Assembly: GCF_006345805.1 (NCBI RefSeq)
Contig: NC_042997.1
Location: 29,016,001 to 29,080,000, forward strand
Length of the DNA stretch: 64,000 nucleotides
From: Octopus sinensis
Taxonomy: Eukaryota
Direction of reading: 5' to 3'
The position numbers and the translations under genes were made by a program. Of this stretch, positions 1 to 13,629 are shown piece after piece. The notes beneath the pieces were generated by a model. The model did not search any database. It saw only the letters and a program-made list of their open reading frames with translations, and was not told the origin of the DNA. The first letter of the stretch is position 1, and each line of letters begins with the position of its first letter.

Positions 1-1000
1 TGGAGATGTACAAATGCCGCACATTGTACCGACCAACTATGTGATCATCTCTTTTAGGCCAGCCTTTTACTGTATGATGATTGTTGCCGTCGCGGCTGTT
101 CCATACATACAAGAAGCACATATGTTTGGTATATGCCAGCAGCAGTCCCAGGAGGAGAGAAATCCCCTTTAAATCACCACAAATATTCCACTCAATAATT
201 AACTCCATTCAGAAAAAATTTGACCGGTTTGTAAGTTTCTTCCATACCATTAACACGACCCACAGGAATGGAAGGTTTGTTTTTCATTACCATTACTTGA
301 CAACACAGCGTTGAGGCTAAACTCTCCCGCGTCTATAAACAATTTTCATTCATTCGCCACGTGCACGTGTCCTAGAGTTTGCATGAGTGTATTAACGTCA
401 GTACAGAAACATGTATTCTTGTCTTGCTTGAAAAAGACAAATAAGCCTTTATGGAAACAACTGAAAATGGAAATGTTGGTACCTTTCTGTAGGAGATTCT
501 TTGTTGTAGTTTGGATCCTGATACTTCTGTCTTCTCCGTTGACAATGCTAGGCCTCTTACTAAATCGTTCATATGTTCCTAATTAAACTAGCTTGGCTCA
601 TTTTTCTTAGAATCATCTACGTACTCTTCGTCGATAGGAGAATCCCAGGGGCTCATCGAGCGATATGTCAAGATTTTCAATTGAAGCATGTGAAAGGGTA
701 ACTAGGACACGGTTCCCGAAACTTTGGTCTTCTATGATAAACCACTAATATTAGTTATGCAAAAGTAACAATCAAAGACGTAATTGGTTGGCTCACGCAA
801 ATGATTGGTTGGTTAACAGCAAAAGACATTCCCTTCCGTTTTCCATTCAGCCACTATATGAATCGACTGAAATTGTAGAGAGACAGTCTGCATCCAGAAT
901 TAAACCATTTTACTGCGAAGCAACTACGTCAACAACCAATATTTGTAGAACATAGAAAAAAGGTTAGTGACTACCTTTTACGAAAAATCGAAAATTAACC
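1..1000 (-). mobile_element. Decayed DDE DNA-transposase pseudogene, Chapaev3/Transib-like (CMC) family; continues off the left edge
   Basis: Manual minus-strand translation across frameshifts gives WLNGKRKGMSFAV..REPTNYVFDCYFCITNI (N-terminal Zn region), NDLVRGLALSTEKTEVSGSKLQQ, DVNTLMQTLG..E*KLFIDAGEFSLNAVL..NGNEK, PSIPVG..MEETY and WNICGDLKGISLLLGLLLAYTKHMCFLYVWNSRD..WPKR. These match the W-x-ICGDLKV-x2-LLLG-x2-GYTK-x2-CFLC-x-WDSR transposase family. The superfamily name is from memory. Confidence 0.75.
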
Positions 1001-1099
1001 TGCTTCTCAACTATAAACAAAAACGGAAACGTGAATAATGTAAGACCTCCACGTGGTTTCGCAGCTGGAGACTTTCCAACAGATTCGATAGTGCCTGCC

Positions 1100-3410
1100 A
1101 GCGAAACTACATTACTGGCTCAAGCAACTGACTACTGTCCCACTAATACGACTATGACACAACCGCAACGATTATTGTACTAGTAGTGGTAGTCAAGATT
1201 TATATGCCGGTGAAATGTGCCCTTACTGAAATTTTCCGAGAAAAAATAACTTTGGCTTTGAAGTACACACTCGAGTAGAGAGTATTCTCTTTCAAAGTAA
1301 GTAAAAAAAAACCCACTAGATAGTATTAAAAGCTGTTAACGAAATTGGTGATGAATATTTACAACGGTGTCACGAATAAACATACTGGTAGAACAACGCA
1401 TGTCTAAATGTTCTGGCTAATAGTGTAAAAGAATACAGGAATTATATTCAAATAGTAAAAACACCGAAATAACAAAGAAAATACCATCATGGGTTTTGAA
1501 GACAAAAGAAAAGTTAACTGGTTTACGGAAGATCTTCAGTCATATAATGATACTTATTGCATGCAAACAGTCAAATCACTATACGCCCCACCAACAGAAA
1601 GCAAAGAATGTGCTAAAAATGATATTTGAAGACAGCAAAGAGAGGACACTCACTTGCAAACTAATTACCCTCAATCGGGACCTAAAAGCTCTCAATGAAA
1701 AGCTTCAACATCAGAAGAGAATAACCGAGAGAATAACAATAAACAAAGAATTCAACCGAAACCGGGCAGCAGTATACAGAGACATGAGATGTGGAGCGGT
1801 AAGCATCCCGGAAGTTCCTTCCCGAAGTGGCATAAAGTCCTTCTGGAGGGAAATCTGGAGTGAAGAGAAAGAATTTAACGAAGATGCTCTGTGGCTTGAG
1901 GAAATCCTCAAAAGTTAATACTCCTACGTTACATCCAAGACATACAACGTTGACCATAAAACTCCTGCAACTGTGATCCAGAAACTCTAGCATGGAAAAG
2001 GACCCGGAATAGATTGCTGGATATTGGTACAAAAACCTAACATTCTATCCACCATATCTTATATATCTGTACGAGTAAGCTGTCATTGTAAACAGTAGCA
2101 TACCACACTGGTTAGTTCTGGCAGAGAAAAAAATTGATACGCAAATGCAGAACCGCCCACAAGGCAAAAAACTACGGGTCAGTTGCATGCCAGAACATAA
2201 TGTATAATGTATATACAGCATGTTTTAACCTCTTCCTCTTGGACCATTATGAAACCAATAACATTATCACAGCAGTACAAGAACCTGGGAAGAAGGGAGT
2301 CTGGGGATGTGCCGAGCAATTGTTAATGAACAAAACTGTAATGTCAGGGGTGCGAAAGCATAGGAGGAACCTAGTTACAATCTGGCTAGACTACAAGAAA
2401 GCCTTTGACTGAGTTCTCCACTCATGGATGCTAGATGTCCTTCAGCTTACTAAAGTTCCAGTGAGAATAGTCAAAGCCATAGCTAACTTGACTTCATGTT
2501 GAGCTACCATCTTGACATTAAACAAAACGAGTGACTGTATTGTCACCGAGAGAATACAGTATTGCATAGGTATATTCCAGGGTGACAGCCTCTCTGTGAT
2601 GTTGTTTATACTTTATGTAAACCTCTTGTTATTCATGTTAAGGAAATCTGAATGTCATCTCACTGGTTCACAAGGAAACAGAAATACCAAAATTACACAT
2701 TGTTTCTTTGTGGATGACTTAAAACTTTGTGCAAAGTATATGCATGAGATGAAAATCAGCCTTCTTCTGGTTACAACATTCTCAACGTATTTAGGGTTGG
2801 AGTTTGGTCAGGATAAATGTTGTTATATGTTTGTGTTGAGGGGAAAAACTATAAACCAGACTAGTAACATCTCTATCAATGATTTGACTGTTTCCCTTGT
2901 ATGTGACCAGGAATATTAGAGGTGTCTAGGGGTGGATGAAAATATAACTGACAATGGCACCTGTAACAAAACGCGTGTTTTGTTACAAAGAAACTTTGTA
3001 GCTCAGAACTCTCTGCATTCCCTAAAACAGTGACCAACAGCGTGTTTGCAGTGACAGTACGCATACCAACATTTGGGCTGCTTCATTGGACGCTTGAAGA
3101 GATCCGTGCCATTGATGTGAAAATCCTAAGAATACTAAGAAGCACCCATAATTTCCACATAAACAGTGACGTAGACCGCCTATACCTAAAACGAAAACAA
3201 GGCGGCAGAAGCTTAGTATCGATCCAAAAGGCCTTTCAATATCGCATCATATCCCTACTGCAACATCTTTTAACCACCATGTGTCGAAGGGCATTCCTTG
3301 ACCAAGTTTGCTTACATGAGAATGATAACATTATAAGACTGGGAAAGCAGCACCTTGAGCAATGCTCCTTGTCTGATAACCTAGTATAAATGGCCAAATT
3401 CTCTGCACGA
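1100..3410 (+). mobile_element. R4/Dong-clade non-LTR retrotransposon, degenerate, 3' truncated
   Basis: ORFs 1496-1918 (FWREIWSEEKEFNEDALWL), 2134-2412 (GCAEQLLMNK..WLDYKKAFD), 2512-2919 (GIFQGDSLS, FVDDLKL, FGQDKC) and 3030-3389 (SDVDRLYLKRKQGGRSL) are collinear RT and post-RT motifs of R4/Dong, broken by stops and frameshifts. Confidence 0.85.
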
Positions 3411-3412
3411 CT

Positions 3413-3492
3413 AATACATACATACATACATACATACATACATACATACATACATACATACATACATACATACATACATACATACATACATA
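3413..3492. repeat. (CATA)n microsatellite
   Basis: Direct reading of the sequence. Confidence 0.95.
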
Positions 3493-4032
3493 AATATATA
3501 CTTACATACATGCTTTTGATAAACACACTTTGATAAGGGAAGCTGAATACACTGAACTAAAAAAATCGGAGCCTTACAACAGTTTGCCTTGAATATAGGA
3601 AGGCGTTTGTTTCAATTCAAGACTATCTTAATTAGTGCTATCTTAATTACTGCCATTGGGAGGCGCACAAAACCTGGACAACAATTCTTAAACTTACAGC
3701 TACGAATCATTTATGTATAGATTGCCTCTATTATGATAGATATTTCACAGGGAATATTCTGAGGAAACCATCTTTCTAAACCTCTGTTCATTTTGACATT
3801 AAATCCATGATTGTTCCTGCTACAAAATTCAAACAGCCACATACTTGAGTCCGCAACTGCCAGGTATATTACCATAGTCCATAATTTTAATATTTATGAT
3901 ATGCATGTTAATATGCCAAAACGCAGTGGGAATTAATGTCTTTTTCAGCAGATATTGGATTATTTACGGAGAAAATCAGTCTCCACACCACATAACTGTA
4001 CATCAATAGTTTTACTATATTTCCTGATCCAC

Positions 4033-4104
4033 TGAATTTCCTGAATTTAACAACTACTTATGCATTCATGAATTTCCTGAATTTAACAACTACTTATGCA
4101 TTCA
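4033..4104. repeat. Exact 36-bp tandem duplication
   Basis: tgaatttcctgaatttaacaactacttatgcattca occurs at 4033-4068 and 4069-4104. Confidence 0.9.
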
Positions 4105-6362
4105 TGAAAGCATATCGTAGGAAGGTATTGATAATAAAGATATAGCGTCCCCAAAATATTATGAAATACCTAGAAAAATATGGCATTTGGTAATCTGCTC
4201 TTACAAGAAAATGCCCCACAATGCATTTACAGGACAATTGAGGATTCAAGTATTTGAGACACTTGACTGGTCTGCAGAAGGGATCCAAACTTAAACCTCT
4301 TGTAACTGCTACTGGTTACGGAATTGAATAGATAAATGTTAGAATTTTCTTCTAAATACGCGAGCTACTGTCAATGCGACAACGACTAATGTAATCTATG
4401 AGAAACAAGGTCCATTATATTCCACGTTGCTGCAATTCCCTGTATCACTAAATTTGCTGTTACTAAGATATATCCGTTGAAATATATAAATGAAACAGAT
4501 CAGCCCTGTATAATACGTTTGGTATGTGTCTAAAATTCGGTCTATCAGAAAATGGGCTGGATAGAGAATTCCTATTTGATGACTTGACACATTCACTGAC
4601 TTTATGAATGCCATGGCCATAGCGTTTGTTAGAGAACCTGCTTTGGTCGAAATAACAGAGGGTGCCGTATGATTAATGTGGCTCACCTATCATCAATGCC
4701 CTGCTGTTTTGTCAGATAATTCTGGAGAACAAAATCTAGGATAAACACACTGAAGTTGTATACAAATATACATATGGATACGTAACAACTTAAATAAACT
4801 TACGAGTACAGACAATTATATAGGTATGCAATATAACGTATATACGTTCATACTGTGTTTATTCGTATCTGTTCGGTTCTCATTCATTCTCCCTTCCCTG
4901 TACATATACAAGCAGACATCAGCATACTTATACAATGAACGCATATACTTGAGCGTTTCTTTGTATTCACGTCATTGTTTGTTTTGATCAGCATCGTATT
5001 GTTTAAACAGAAGCACAAGACACAGTAAACATTTGATGAATCTCAGTATTGATAAACGTTGGCTTAGATTCTTTGGAGGTTTTGGATATTTAAATGAAAT
5101 GCTTAAACATTCAAATATTTCTCTTATATCTATATTGAACTATGTGCAGACTATAGTAATGTGCTCACAATTAATTTTGTTTTTCCGTAACTGCAAGACA
5201 ATAAATGTGATTAAACCAGTTATGTTTGACAATATTGGAATTCAATTTATAAATGAAGTCTTTATTAAGGAGGTAAACGTTACTACACAAATAAATTTAT
5301 TATAGTTCATAATATATTTATCAAAACTTTAAAATTCCAAATATTGAAATATATATTTAAAGTATATGTGTGTCTATGTGTGGTATGAATATATACATGT
5401 GCACGTGTGTGTGTGTGTGTGTGTGAGTGTGTGTGTGAAAATGTCTGATTGTGTGGGGGGGGGGGCGCGTGCATGCGCGTGTGGGTGTATGTATATAAGT
5501 ATGTGTGTACGTTTATGTTATTAAAATATATTTATGAAATGAATGTAGTTAAGTGATATTCAAAGCAACTAATCCTTACTTTTTTCTAACCTGAGATTAT
5601 GCGAAGATTACGAGCAATTTGGACGCATTGCATATGTTTTAATTACATAAAATCATACTTCTAAAGGCATTCCATATGTTAGTGGCATGGTAGTGACCCA
5701 TATACACAGTTTCCGAATGACTCACAATGCAAATGCAGAAATAATAATCTACTTTACATATCTCATTCTGCTGTCAAAGCACTAATGATTCCAAAGTATG
5801 GCACACATTTAGGAAAATTTATAATGCACAATACTTTAGTTATAAATTCAAATAAGAATATTATGGAATCAATATACATGTAAGAAATTATCGGATTGTG
5901 ACTCGGCAGACACTGTGTTGGAGAACCCACATATGCATAAGAAATCTCTCACACAGGAACACATGATCACACACCTAAAACCACACATCCACACGCAAAC
6001 AGAACTTCGCGTATGCATAATTTTGCCTCTCAACATCTCTCCAACACGTTCTTCTCTCTCTAGCTCCCTCTCTCTCTGTCTCTCTCTCTCATTTTCTCTC
6101 GCCCCGCGTAAGTACGCACTTTCTATTTTTCTGGATAGGAACGGATATGAAAGTAAGGATTAGTTATTTTGAATATCATTTAACTACATTCGGAAAACTG
6201 TTTTCTGATTTGCGATTTATTGTTATCGTTTGCTTTTCTATCTATTTCTTTCAAATCAATTTTCATTACGTTCCCACCGTTCCCTCTGTCACCCCTTTTG
6301 CCTGTCTGCTTGTCTCTCTGTCTGTCTGTCTGGCTCTGTCTGTCTGTTGTCTAACTCTCTCC

Positions 6363-6428
<66 letters not shown>

Positions 6429-6639
6429 ACCTCGCTCTTTCTGTTTATCTATTACACGCATGTTTTCTTAAATATATGATCAACTGCATTTAAACTGAAA
6501 TTATTCGGGAACAGCCGACGTATTCTCTTGTTCTCTTAGCATTTATATACAGACATAAAGAAGTTGTCGTGTGCCAATTGTTTAAAGGAATATCGCATTT
6601 GTCTCACGAAATAAACGTCTAAAATGTGCAATGATGTTG

Positions 6640-8170
6640 AATTGCTTTATTAAATTCATTTGTACTCGGAGAATCTTCTATCGCAAAGTTAAAAAGACAG
6701 ATTTCTACAGAGAAAATTGATATTAAGGCTCTTATCAGTCCTATGTTTTACAAATATCTATCATCGGTCTCTCAGCGAAGAAGCCATCAATGTTCATTGA
6801 AAATTAGAGATGAAAACTATATTAACTCATTTATTTATGGAATAATTATGATGGTAAGTGCATGTTAAGAGCTCTATCATTTATGCTCGAAAACAGCACA
6901 AATTATGAAATTCTTCGAGAAGAATCAGTACAACTCGTATGGAATAATCGGACGCATCTACATTATTTAATTCATAAGGTCACAGCGCAAGAAAATAAAT
7001 AGCAAACATACATGAGTAGAGATGGAATGTATGGTGGTAATATTGAAGTGGCTGACTATACAGAAATGTACTACGTAGCAATTCTGGTTCATCACAAACA
7101 TGGCGACGAAATTATTTTACTGTTCACCATAAATGGCCGAACGGTTACGGAAATGACGAGATCTGTAATACATAGTAGCCAAGCTGACAACGGCCGCTAC
7201 AGTTCTCTCTTTCCCATATACTATCACGAACATATTGAAAACTTTATCAGGAAAAGAAAGGTCACAACAACAAAAAAAAAATGAGAATTAAAAAGAATAA
7301 CAGCTGTTAGAAAATGTTAGATGCAATTCAAAAATATGTAAAAATATGGTTGAAAAATGAGAAAATGCAATAGGAAGACAGGAAAACCAGGAAGGTAATA
7401 GAAATGGAGAAATGAGACGCCAGAAAAAGGAGGCAAACTTTAGAAATAAAAGAACAAGTAAACAATAAGTGGAATAAATAATATAAACATAACATTGATA
7501 GAGCAAAAATGAATGCTAAAAAAGAAATTGTTTTGCAAAGAAAATCTGCAGGAAAAGTGTAGATGCATTTAATGGTATGTTATTTACTTTAGGCATTTAC
7601 TTTTGCACTAACCATGACTATGTATCTCAAAAAATTTATCCCCAGGTTCTTTATACAAAACGTGTAACAAATGTGTTAATAGACAATGGGATAAATCTTC
7701 ATTAGACCTATTATGTGTTAGTGTGATAACAAAATTCAGTTGCCTATTATTGAGCCGCCACAAGTTTTATCCTTTTGGATATCACTTCGGAATCAAAACA
7801 CTTTCGTAAAAAAAAACCTTCGAGCTTAAATGTGCGTTTCAAATGACATCATTTGGAATAACATATATTAGAAAAAATGGGTTCATGCCAACTTGCAAAG
7901 TGCAAGGTATAATTTCTCAGGGAATTAGCACTCTTAAGACTTTACAATATAAATGCCCACGTTGTTTATAGGTGAGTTCAAAAAGAAGCACAATGCCGCA
8001 TAAAGAACAATCCAAGTGCAATATTAGAACTTAATAAAAGTGCTTCATGAAAATAATTCTTATTAGAAGTTTTCGGTGAGTTTGAGAATGTAGTTCATAT
8101 CTGGGGTTTCAGATTCTCATCGATACATTATAGACCGACAGGAGGACATATCGGTCGATTTATTGGTATT
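6640..8170 (+). mobile_element. Helitron remnant: OTU-like cysteine protease domain followed by the N-terminal Rep region
   Basis: The frame from 6841 reads DGKCMLRALS...Y-MSRDGMYGGNIEVADYTEMYYVAILVH...NGRYSSL (OTU motifs, one in-frame stop). Downstream pieces KIQLPIIEPPQVL, CAFQMTSFG (7831-7857), GFMPTCKVQG (7879-7908), VLHENNSY and RPTGGHIGRF (8132-8161) match the conserved Helitron pre-Rep region. Confidence 0.75.
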
Positions 8171-8498
8171 AAGTGTAAAGAATCTCGTAATAAATATTTT
8201 TGTTTCTCTGTTGCTTAAACCGCCCGTAACTCTTCCACGTGGGTTGAAGGGGAAGGCATGGAAGGAGGGGATAGTATAATAGAGGGGACGGGATAAGAGA
8301 GGGAGAAGAGACGAAGGCAGAGGTGGTGGTGAGCGAAATGTATATATTTTTAACTAAGTTCTTTTCGCCTGTTACATAGCCCGTCTGTAGAGCTTTCACG
8401 TTATTATTTGAAGAGAAAGGCGAAAAACGAAAGGAAAAGGAGAGAGAAAAAGGGAGTAAGGGTAATAATGAGAGAGAAGGAGGGAGAGTGCCGTGTAT

Positions 8499-8733
8499 TT
8501 GGGTGGCCAAAAGTAGGTTTACAGTTATTCAACTATCTCTTTGGCATTCATATATTAACAATTTTGATCTTAATTATATGAAACTATGAAACCATCATTC
8601 TATGCAAATATAGTTAATTTTGTCAAGTTCCCTTTTTGGTTTGTAACATATATATGTAAATGTCATAAAATGTTTTTAAAATATTTAATGTGCCTTCATG
8701 ATAATTGTAAACTTGGTTTTGGGCCACCCTGTA
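8499..8733. mobile_element. ~235-bp MITE with Tc1/mariner-like terminal inverted repeats
   Basis: The left end gggtggccaaaagtaggtttacagtt aligns with the reverse complement of the right end (tacagggtggcccaaaaccaagtttacaatt). The interior is AT-rich and non-coding, with TA at the right border. Confidence 0.6.
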
Positions 8734-8899
8734 TATAAAGTGCATTAAGTAACCATCGTATTTAAATTTCCTTTACTTTTCAATAGTTAGCAGATGAGTG
8801 ACTATCTGACTATCTTTTGATACAGACACAATATAGACTACGATATCAGGTTATTTGGATAACGTTTTCAGAAATATCCAATAAGATTACCATTAATTC

Positions 8900-9130
8900 C
8901 GTGAAATATTCACAGGTCCTCTGAGTAGCAATTATTGTGACTGGAGAACCACAAGGTAAAATAATTCTTCTTTTGGAATATCGTGACAATATCAACACGT
9001 TCATAAATGAGATCCATTGTTCCTACATAATGCTTTAGAAGTTATTTTGCATTTTGGAAACAGAGGTCTTAGATGCCATTGCGGACAGACATCTCCAAAG
9101 AGAAAAGCAATATATATTGCATAGATTATT
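8900..9130 (+). mobile_element. Possible very old CR1/L2-type RT remnant
   Basis: IVTGEPQGKIILLL..NTFINEI..LQRE weakly resembles V-x-SGVPQGS..FINDI..LQ-x-DL. Confidence 0.25.
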
Positions 9131-9407
9131 GCGGTCACCAACTAATGATTTAAATTAATTGGCTTATTCATCTTCGCTACAGCTGAGATCTTTCTCAAGA
9201 TTATGCTTCTTATATGTAGGCTAAAGTAGAATCGTAGAAATGCTACGTAAACATATATAACAGAAAAGGAACTACATTCAGAATCGAAAGTGCGTTTACA
9301 TACTAGCATAAACAATAAAAATTCTCGGAATACGAAGGAACTGGCATTGTCAAATCTGTATATGTTAGTTAGTATGGTCGTTTTTCCGACCATGTATTCA
9401 TAAATAA

Positions 9408-9642
9408 GATGATGATGATGATGTTGTTCATGATGATGAGGATAATAATAATAATAATAATAATAATCATAATAATAAATAATAATAATAATCATAATTA
9501 TAATAAATAATAATAATAATAAATAATAATAATATAATAATAATAATAATAATAATAATGATAATAATAATAATAGCAATAATAATAATAATCATAATAA
9601 TAAATAATAAAAATAATAATAATAATACTAATCATAATAATA

Positions 9643-9703
<61 letters not shown>

Positions 9704-9770
9704 TTAATAATAATAATAATAATATAATAATAATAATAATAATAATAACAGCAACGACAACAACAACAAA
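9408..9770. repeat. Long (GAT)/(AAT)n/(AAC) trinucleotide microsatellite
   Basis: Direct reading; it explains the poly-L/I/Y ORFs 9142-9899. Confidence 0.95.
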
Positions 9771-9771
9771 A

Positions 9772-10267
9772 AGAATGGTTTTGTCCTGGTATAAAAGATG
9801 GGTTACATCAAATATTCTGCTCCATGCCACATATTTACTTGTCCGTTGCTTAAATATAAACAGTTGAGCATGTTTCATAGTGGCTGATGATATGTGCATA
9901 TCTGATCACGACAGAAGCAGTGGGGGAGCATCATAGACATGTGCTGAGTGGAATTCTTTGGTGTTTGGATAATTCGCCTCTGCAAACATGGGTGTTTTGT
10001 TCATGATCCTTAAACAAGCCTTATTTAGGCACCTTTTCACCGGGATGAGTTACTCGACTGGAAGAAAATTCTTACAGGACCCCAACTGCAAGGTCATGCA
10101 CTGTTTATCTTGATATGAGATCACTGTTGCGCACATATGGTTGCGATGTGCCTGGTGTAACCCTAGACAAGTATTCATGATAGGTATACTGGGCTTCGTA
10201 TATTTTACTCCAGCGTCACTTTGATGGCATTCACTGTTCTCTCACTCAATAATAATAATAATAATAA
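9772..10267 (+). mobile_element. Non-coding retroposon segment ending in a (TAA)n tail, inserted in a TAA microsatellite
   Basis: About 480 bp of higher-complexity sequence with (AAT)n on both sides, ending ...ctctcactc-aataataataa. I recognise it as an octopus-type repeat from memory. Confidence 0.5.
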
Positions 10268-10269
10268 CT

Positions 10270-10370
10270 GGATATAAAAGACCGGACAAAAAGGATGTGT
10301 TTATTAATTGACATGAGTATTCCCTGTGATCACAGGGAATACAGTCTATCAAAATTCGATAGAGAAAGAA
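10270..10370 (+). mobile_element. Short R4/Dong restriction-like endonuclease fragment
   Basis: Translates IKDRTKRMCLLIDMSIPCDH, matching the RLE (PD..D-x-K) region of R4/Dong. Confidence 0.55.
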
Positions 10371-10527
10371 CCAGCAACCTTCGACCTTAATAAATTATTA
10401 TTCTTTGGGAAAGTTGTTTTTTTTTATACCTACACAGGACTTGCCGACGCTTACCAATTTCCTACAGCTAGAACCTTGGCTCTCACAATTATCTATATCT
10501 TCATTTCTCTCTCATTCACTCTCTTTC

Positions 10528-10568
<41 letters not shown>

Positions 10569-10887
10569 ATATATATATATTACACATTGCAGAGAGTGTT
10601 AAAATCTAAATAGTGTCATCTTGAAGCATAACTGCTTCTGTTAGAGTCATAAACTCAAATCTGATGACTGGGAAATTTTGAGTATTATTTATTCCCCTTT
10701 AGGTCTGCGTCTTCTGATAATAAATGTTAGAAAATTGTACATGCAGTATAGAAGCGTAAACTATTTTCTATTAATTCAGTCGCTGTCTCAGTTATCTCTC
10801 AGAGAAGATATCTTACGTTTCCGACTACATGTACGATGTTCTAACTTGTAATAGCAAATAAAACACACACACACACACACACACATA

Positions 10888-10900
10888 TATATGTATATAT

Positions 10901-10983
<83 letters not shown>

Positions 10984-10997
10984 ATATATATACATAC

Positions 10998-11055
<58 letters not shown>

Positions 11056-11083
11056 TATATATATATACATATATATATACATA
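10888..11083. repeat. (TA)n microsatellite, one of more than 20 such tracts in the window
   Basis: Direct reading. Confidence 0.95.
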
Positions 11084-12199
11084 TGATGAAACGAATTATA
11101 ACTGACGATGAATATTTGTCGGCTCATTACAGCTTGTTTCTTACGTGTCTTTTTAATAGAAGAATGAGATAATTACGCCATTACAAAAACTGTATTTATC
11201 TAATGAAACGTAATTTTACATACAAATAAATATCCTCAAAATACAACAGGGACGTGGCTGAATTCTGTCGTGGCTAGCACACAAATGCACAAGCACGCGC
11301 GCACTCATGCACACTCACATATACACACACATAAACACGCACACACATATCCTCGCAATGTTATTACTGCATATTCCTTGTTCTAACTAAAGTCCCAGTT
11401 TAGGTTCGATACCATAAATATATATCCTCTTATATATAGTATACATACATGATACATACACATGTATATATATGTGTGTATATATACATATATATGTGTG
11501 TGTGTGTGTGTGCGTGTTTATGTATATATATATATATATACACGTCCACACACACGCACACACACATATATATAGAGAGAGAGAGAAAGAGAGAAAGAAA
11601 GAGAGAGAGAGGGATGCCTGTGTTTTTTTTTCTGTTCATTGTTAACACAAAGGTCTATAGTTGTGATTTATGAAGAATTTTCGGAAGATACACCATCTTG
11701 TACTTCTATTTCTAAAAACAAATAATAAGCAAATGACTCGAGGGGTGACAGAAACGTATAGCAAATTATATATGGCACATGGAACAAATGTTAAAATGTG
11801 TGTACTGCAAAGAAATGCATGTATACTGCATGTATTTCAGAAGAACTGAATTAGACTAATTAATTTAATTAATTTGTAATCGAAATTATGTCGTAAACCT
11901 AGTTAGAAATAACGCAGCCAAAGAAATTCTATTGCAAATGGAATCTCCGATTGCAGTTAGCATCATACACTTGTAAAACTATATAAATTCATATGTATAG
12001 ACGAGTAACCATTTACGAACAACATGATATTTAACGCAAACATTTAATGATACAACAAATCATCGCATATGATATTTCGAGCCTAGACGTACCACACATA
12101 TACACACTTACACACACATATGCACGCATACACGCATTCAAGTACATATATTAATGTATGTATGTATGTATATATATATATATTATATATATATATATA

Positions 12200-12244
<45 letters not shown>

Positions 12245-13047
12245 TACATATATATATATTATATATATATATATATAATAATGATAATAATATTAGGGAA
12301 TAAATCCAATTTTATAGTATAAATATATTATATTATATTATATTAAATTAGAGATAAAACCACTATTAGGCAAATCAAACAGTGAAAAACATAAGCCAAT
12401 ACATAAAATCAATTTAAAAATATAAAAGTTAAAATTCAAAAATTTAAAAAATTAAAAATATATACATAAAAGAGGAATTTCGATTATCCCCAAGTGGTGA
12501 GTTGTAAAGTATATAAGAAATTAAAAAAGGAAAATACGCACACTTACGTAGTTTTAATATATTTTTTAATATATCGACCGGTTTCACTATCGCTATTCAT
12601 GATATTATGACTCAAGTCATATTCATTATCATTATTCAAAAAAAAAGATTCAAAGTCTTATAGCTGTTCCTGTGTGTCCCAGAGTATAGGATATTCCGTC
12701 ATCGGAGATAAAGCGGGAAAACGAGAAGGATATAAATTAATGAGATGACGACATAGAGGACTCATAAGTAGATGAAGGAAGATAACAAAAAAAGAAGCAG
12801 AAATGTTCACATTTCAAATTTCCTATATCTTAGAAATAAGTTCATAAGCCCTTAAGTGCAATCCTGTATAAATCCATGTCGATTAAAATCCTAACAGGGT
12901 AAAAAGAAAACAGGAAAAAGACAAGAACCTATTAACAATCAATAACATACTTTAGACTTCAAAGTACATGGATTTACGCTGGATTGCTCCTAAGAACTTA
13001 TGAACTTATTTCTACAAGATCGGAAAGTTGAACAGTGAAGTTTTATG

Positions 13048-13207
13048 TTTCTTCTTCTTCTTCTTCTTCTTCTTCTTCTTCTTCTTCTTCTCTTCTTCTT
13101 CTCTTCTTCTTCTTCTTCTTCTTCTTCTTCTTCTTCTTCTTCTTCTTCTTTTTCTCATTCTTCTTCTTCTTCTTCTTCTTCTTCGTCTATTCCTCCTTCT
13201 TCTACTT
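13048..13207. repeat. (CTT)n microsatellite
   Basis: Direct reading; it explains the poly-S/F/L/R/K ORFs at 13012-13352. Confidence 0.95.
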
Positions 13208-13554
13208 CTTGGCGTGTGTGGAAGTGAAGCCTTACAGCAGGGACATAAGAGATGTAAGTCGTGTATGTAAGACATCCTACACAGATCGAACTTTGAAAGA
13301 AAGTTTAGGCTTGGCAGAACACCAATCACGGGGAAGGAGAGGAGATAGGTAGGGGTAGAAGGAATGAAGAATCAGAAGGAACGGGAAAGAGAGAAAACGA
13401 AAGGTAAGGAGCAGAGGGAGGTAAAAGAGATGGGAAAGGGAGAATGAAGGTAAGGCTAAGAAATGTGAGAAAGGGAGAGAAAGAAAAAGAAAAGTGGACA
13501 GAACAGAGAAAGCGTGAAAGGAGCTAGGAGAAAGATTAAGAGAGTCGTACAGAA

Positions 13555-13588
<34 letters not shown>

Positions 13589-13629
13589 CTTACATACAGG
13601 AATACAAAAGTGTACGTACGCTGCTATAT

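Noticed and set aside
4200-4560. Possible PIF1/Helitron helicase remnant (GLQKGSKL, VHYIPR, QFPVSL, FAVT)
   Set aside because: Motif spacing disagrees with the helicase consensus; it cannot be supported without a profile search.
8917-8956. Apparent 40-nt exon (ttcacag ... AAG/gtaaaa)
   Set aside because: The polypyrimidine tract is weak, no partner exons were found, and the same bases translate as a VTG-x-PQG RT-like remnant.
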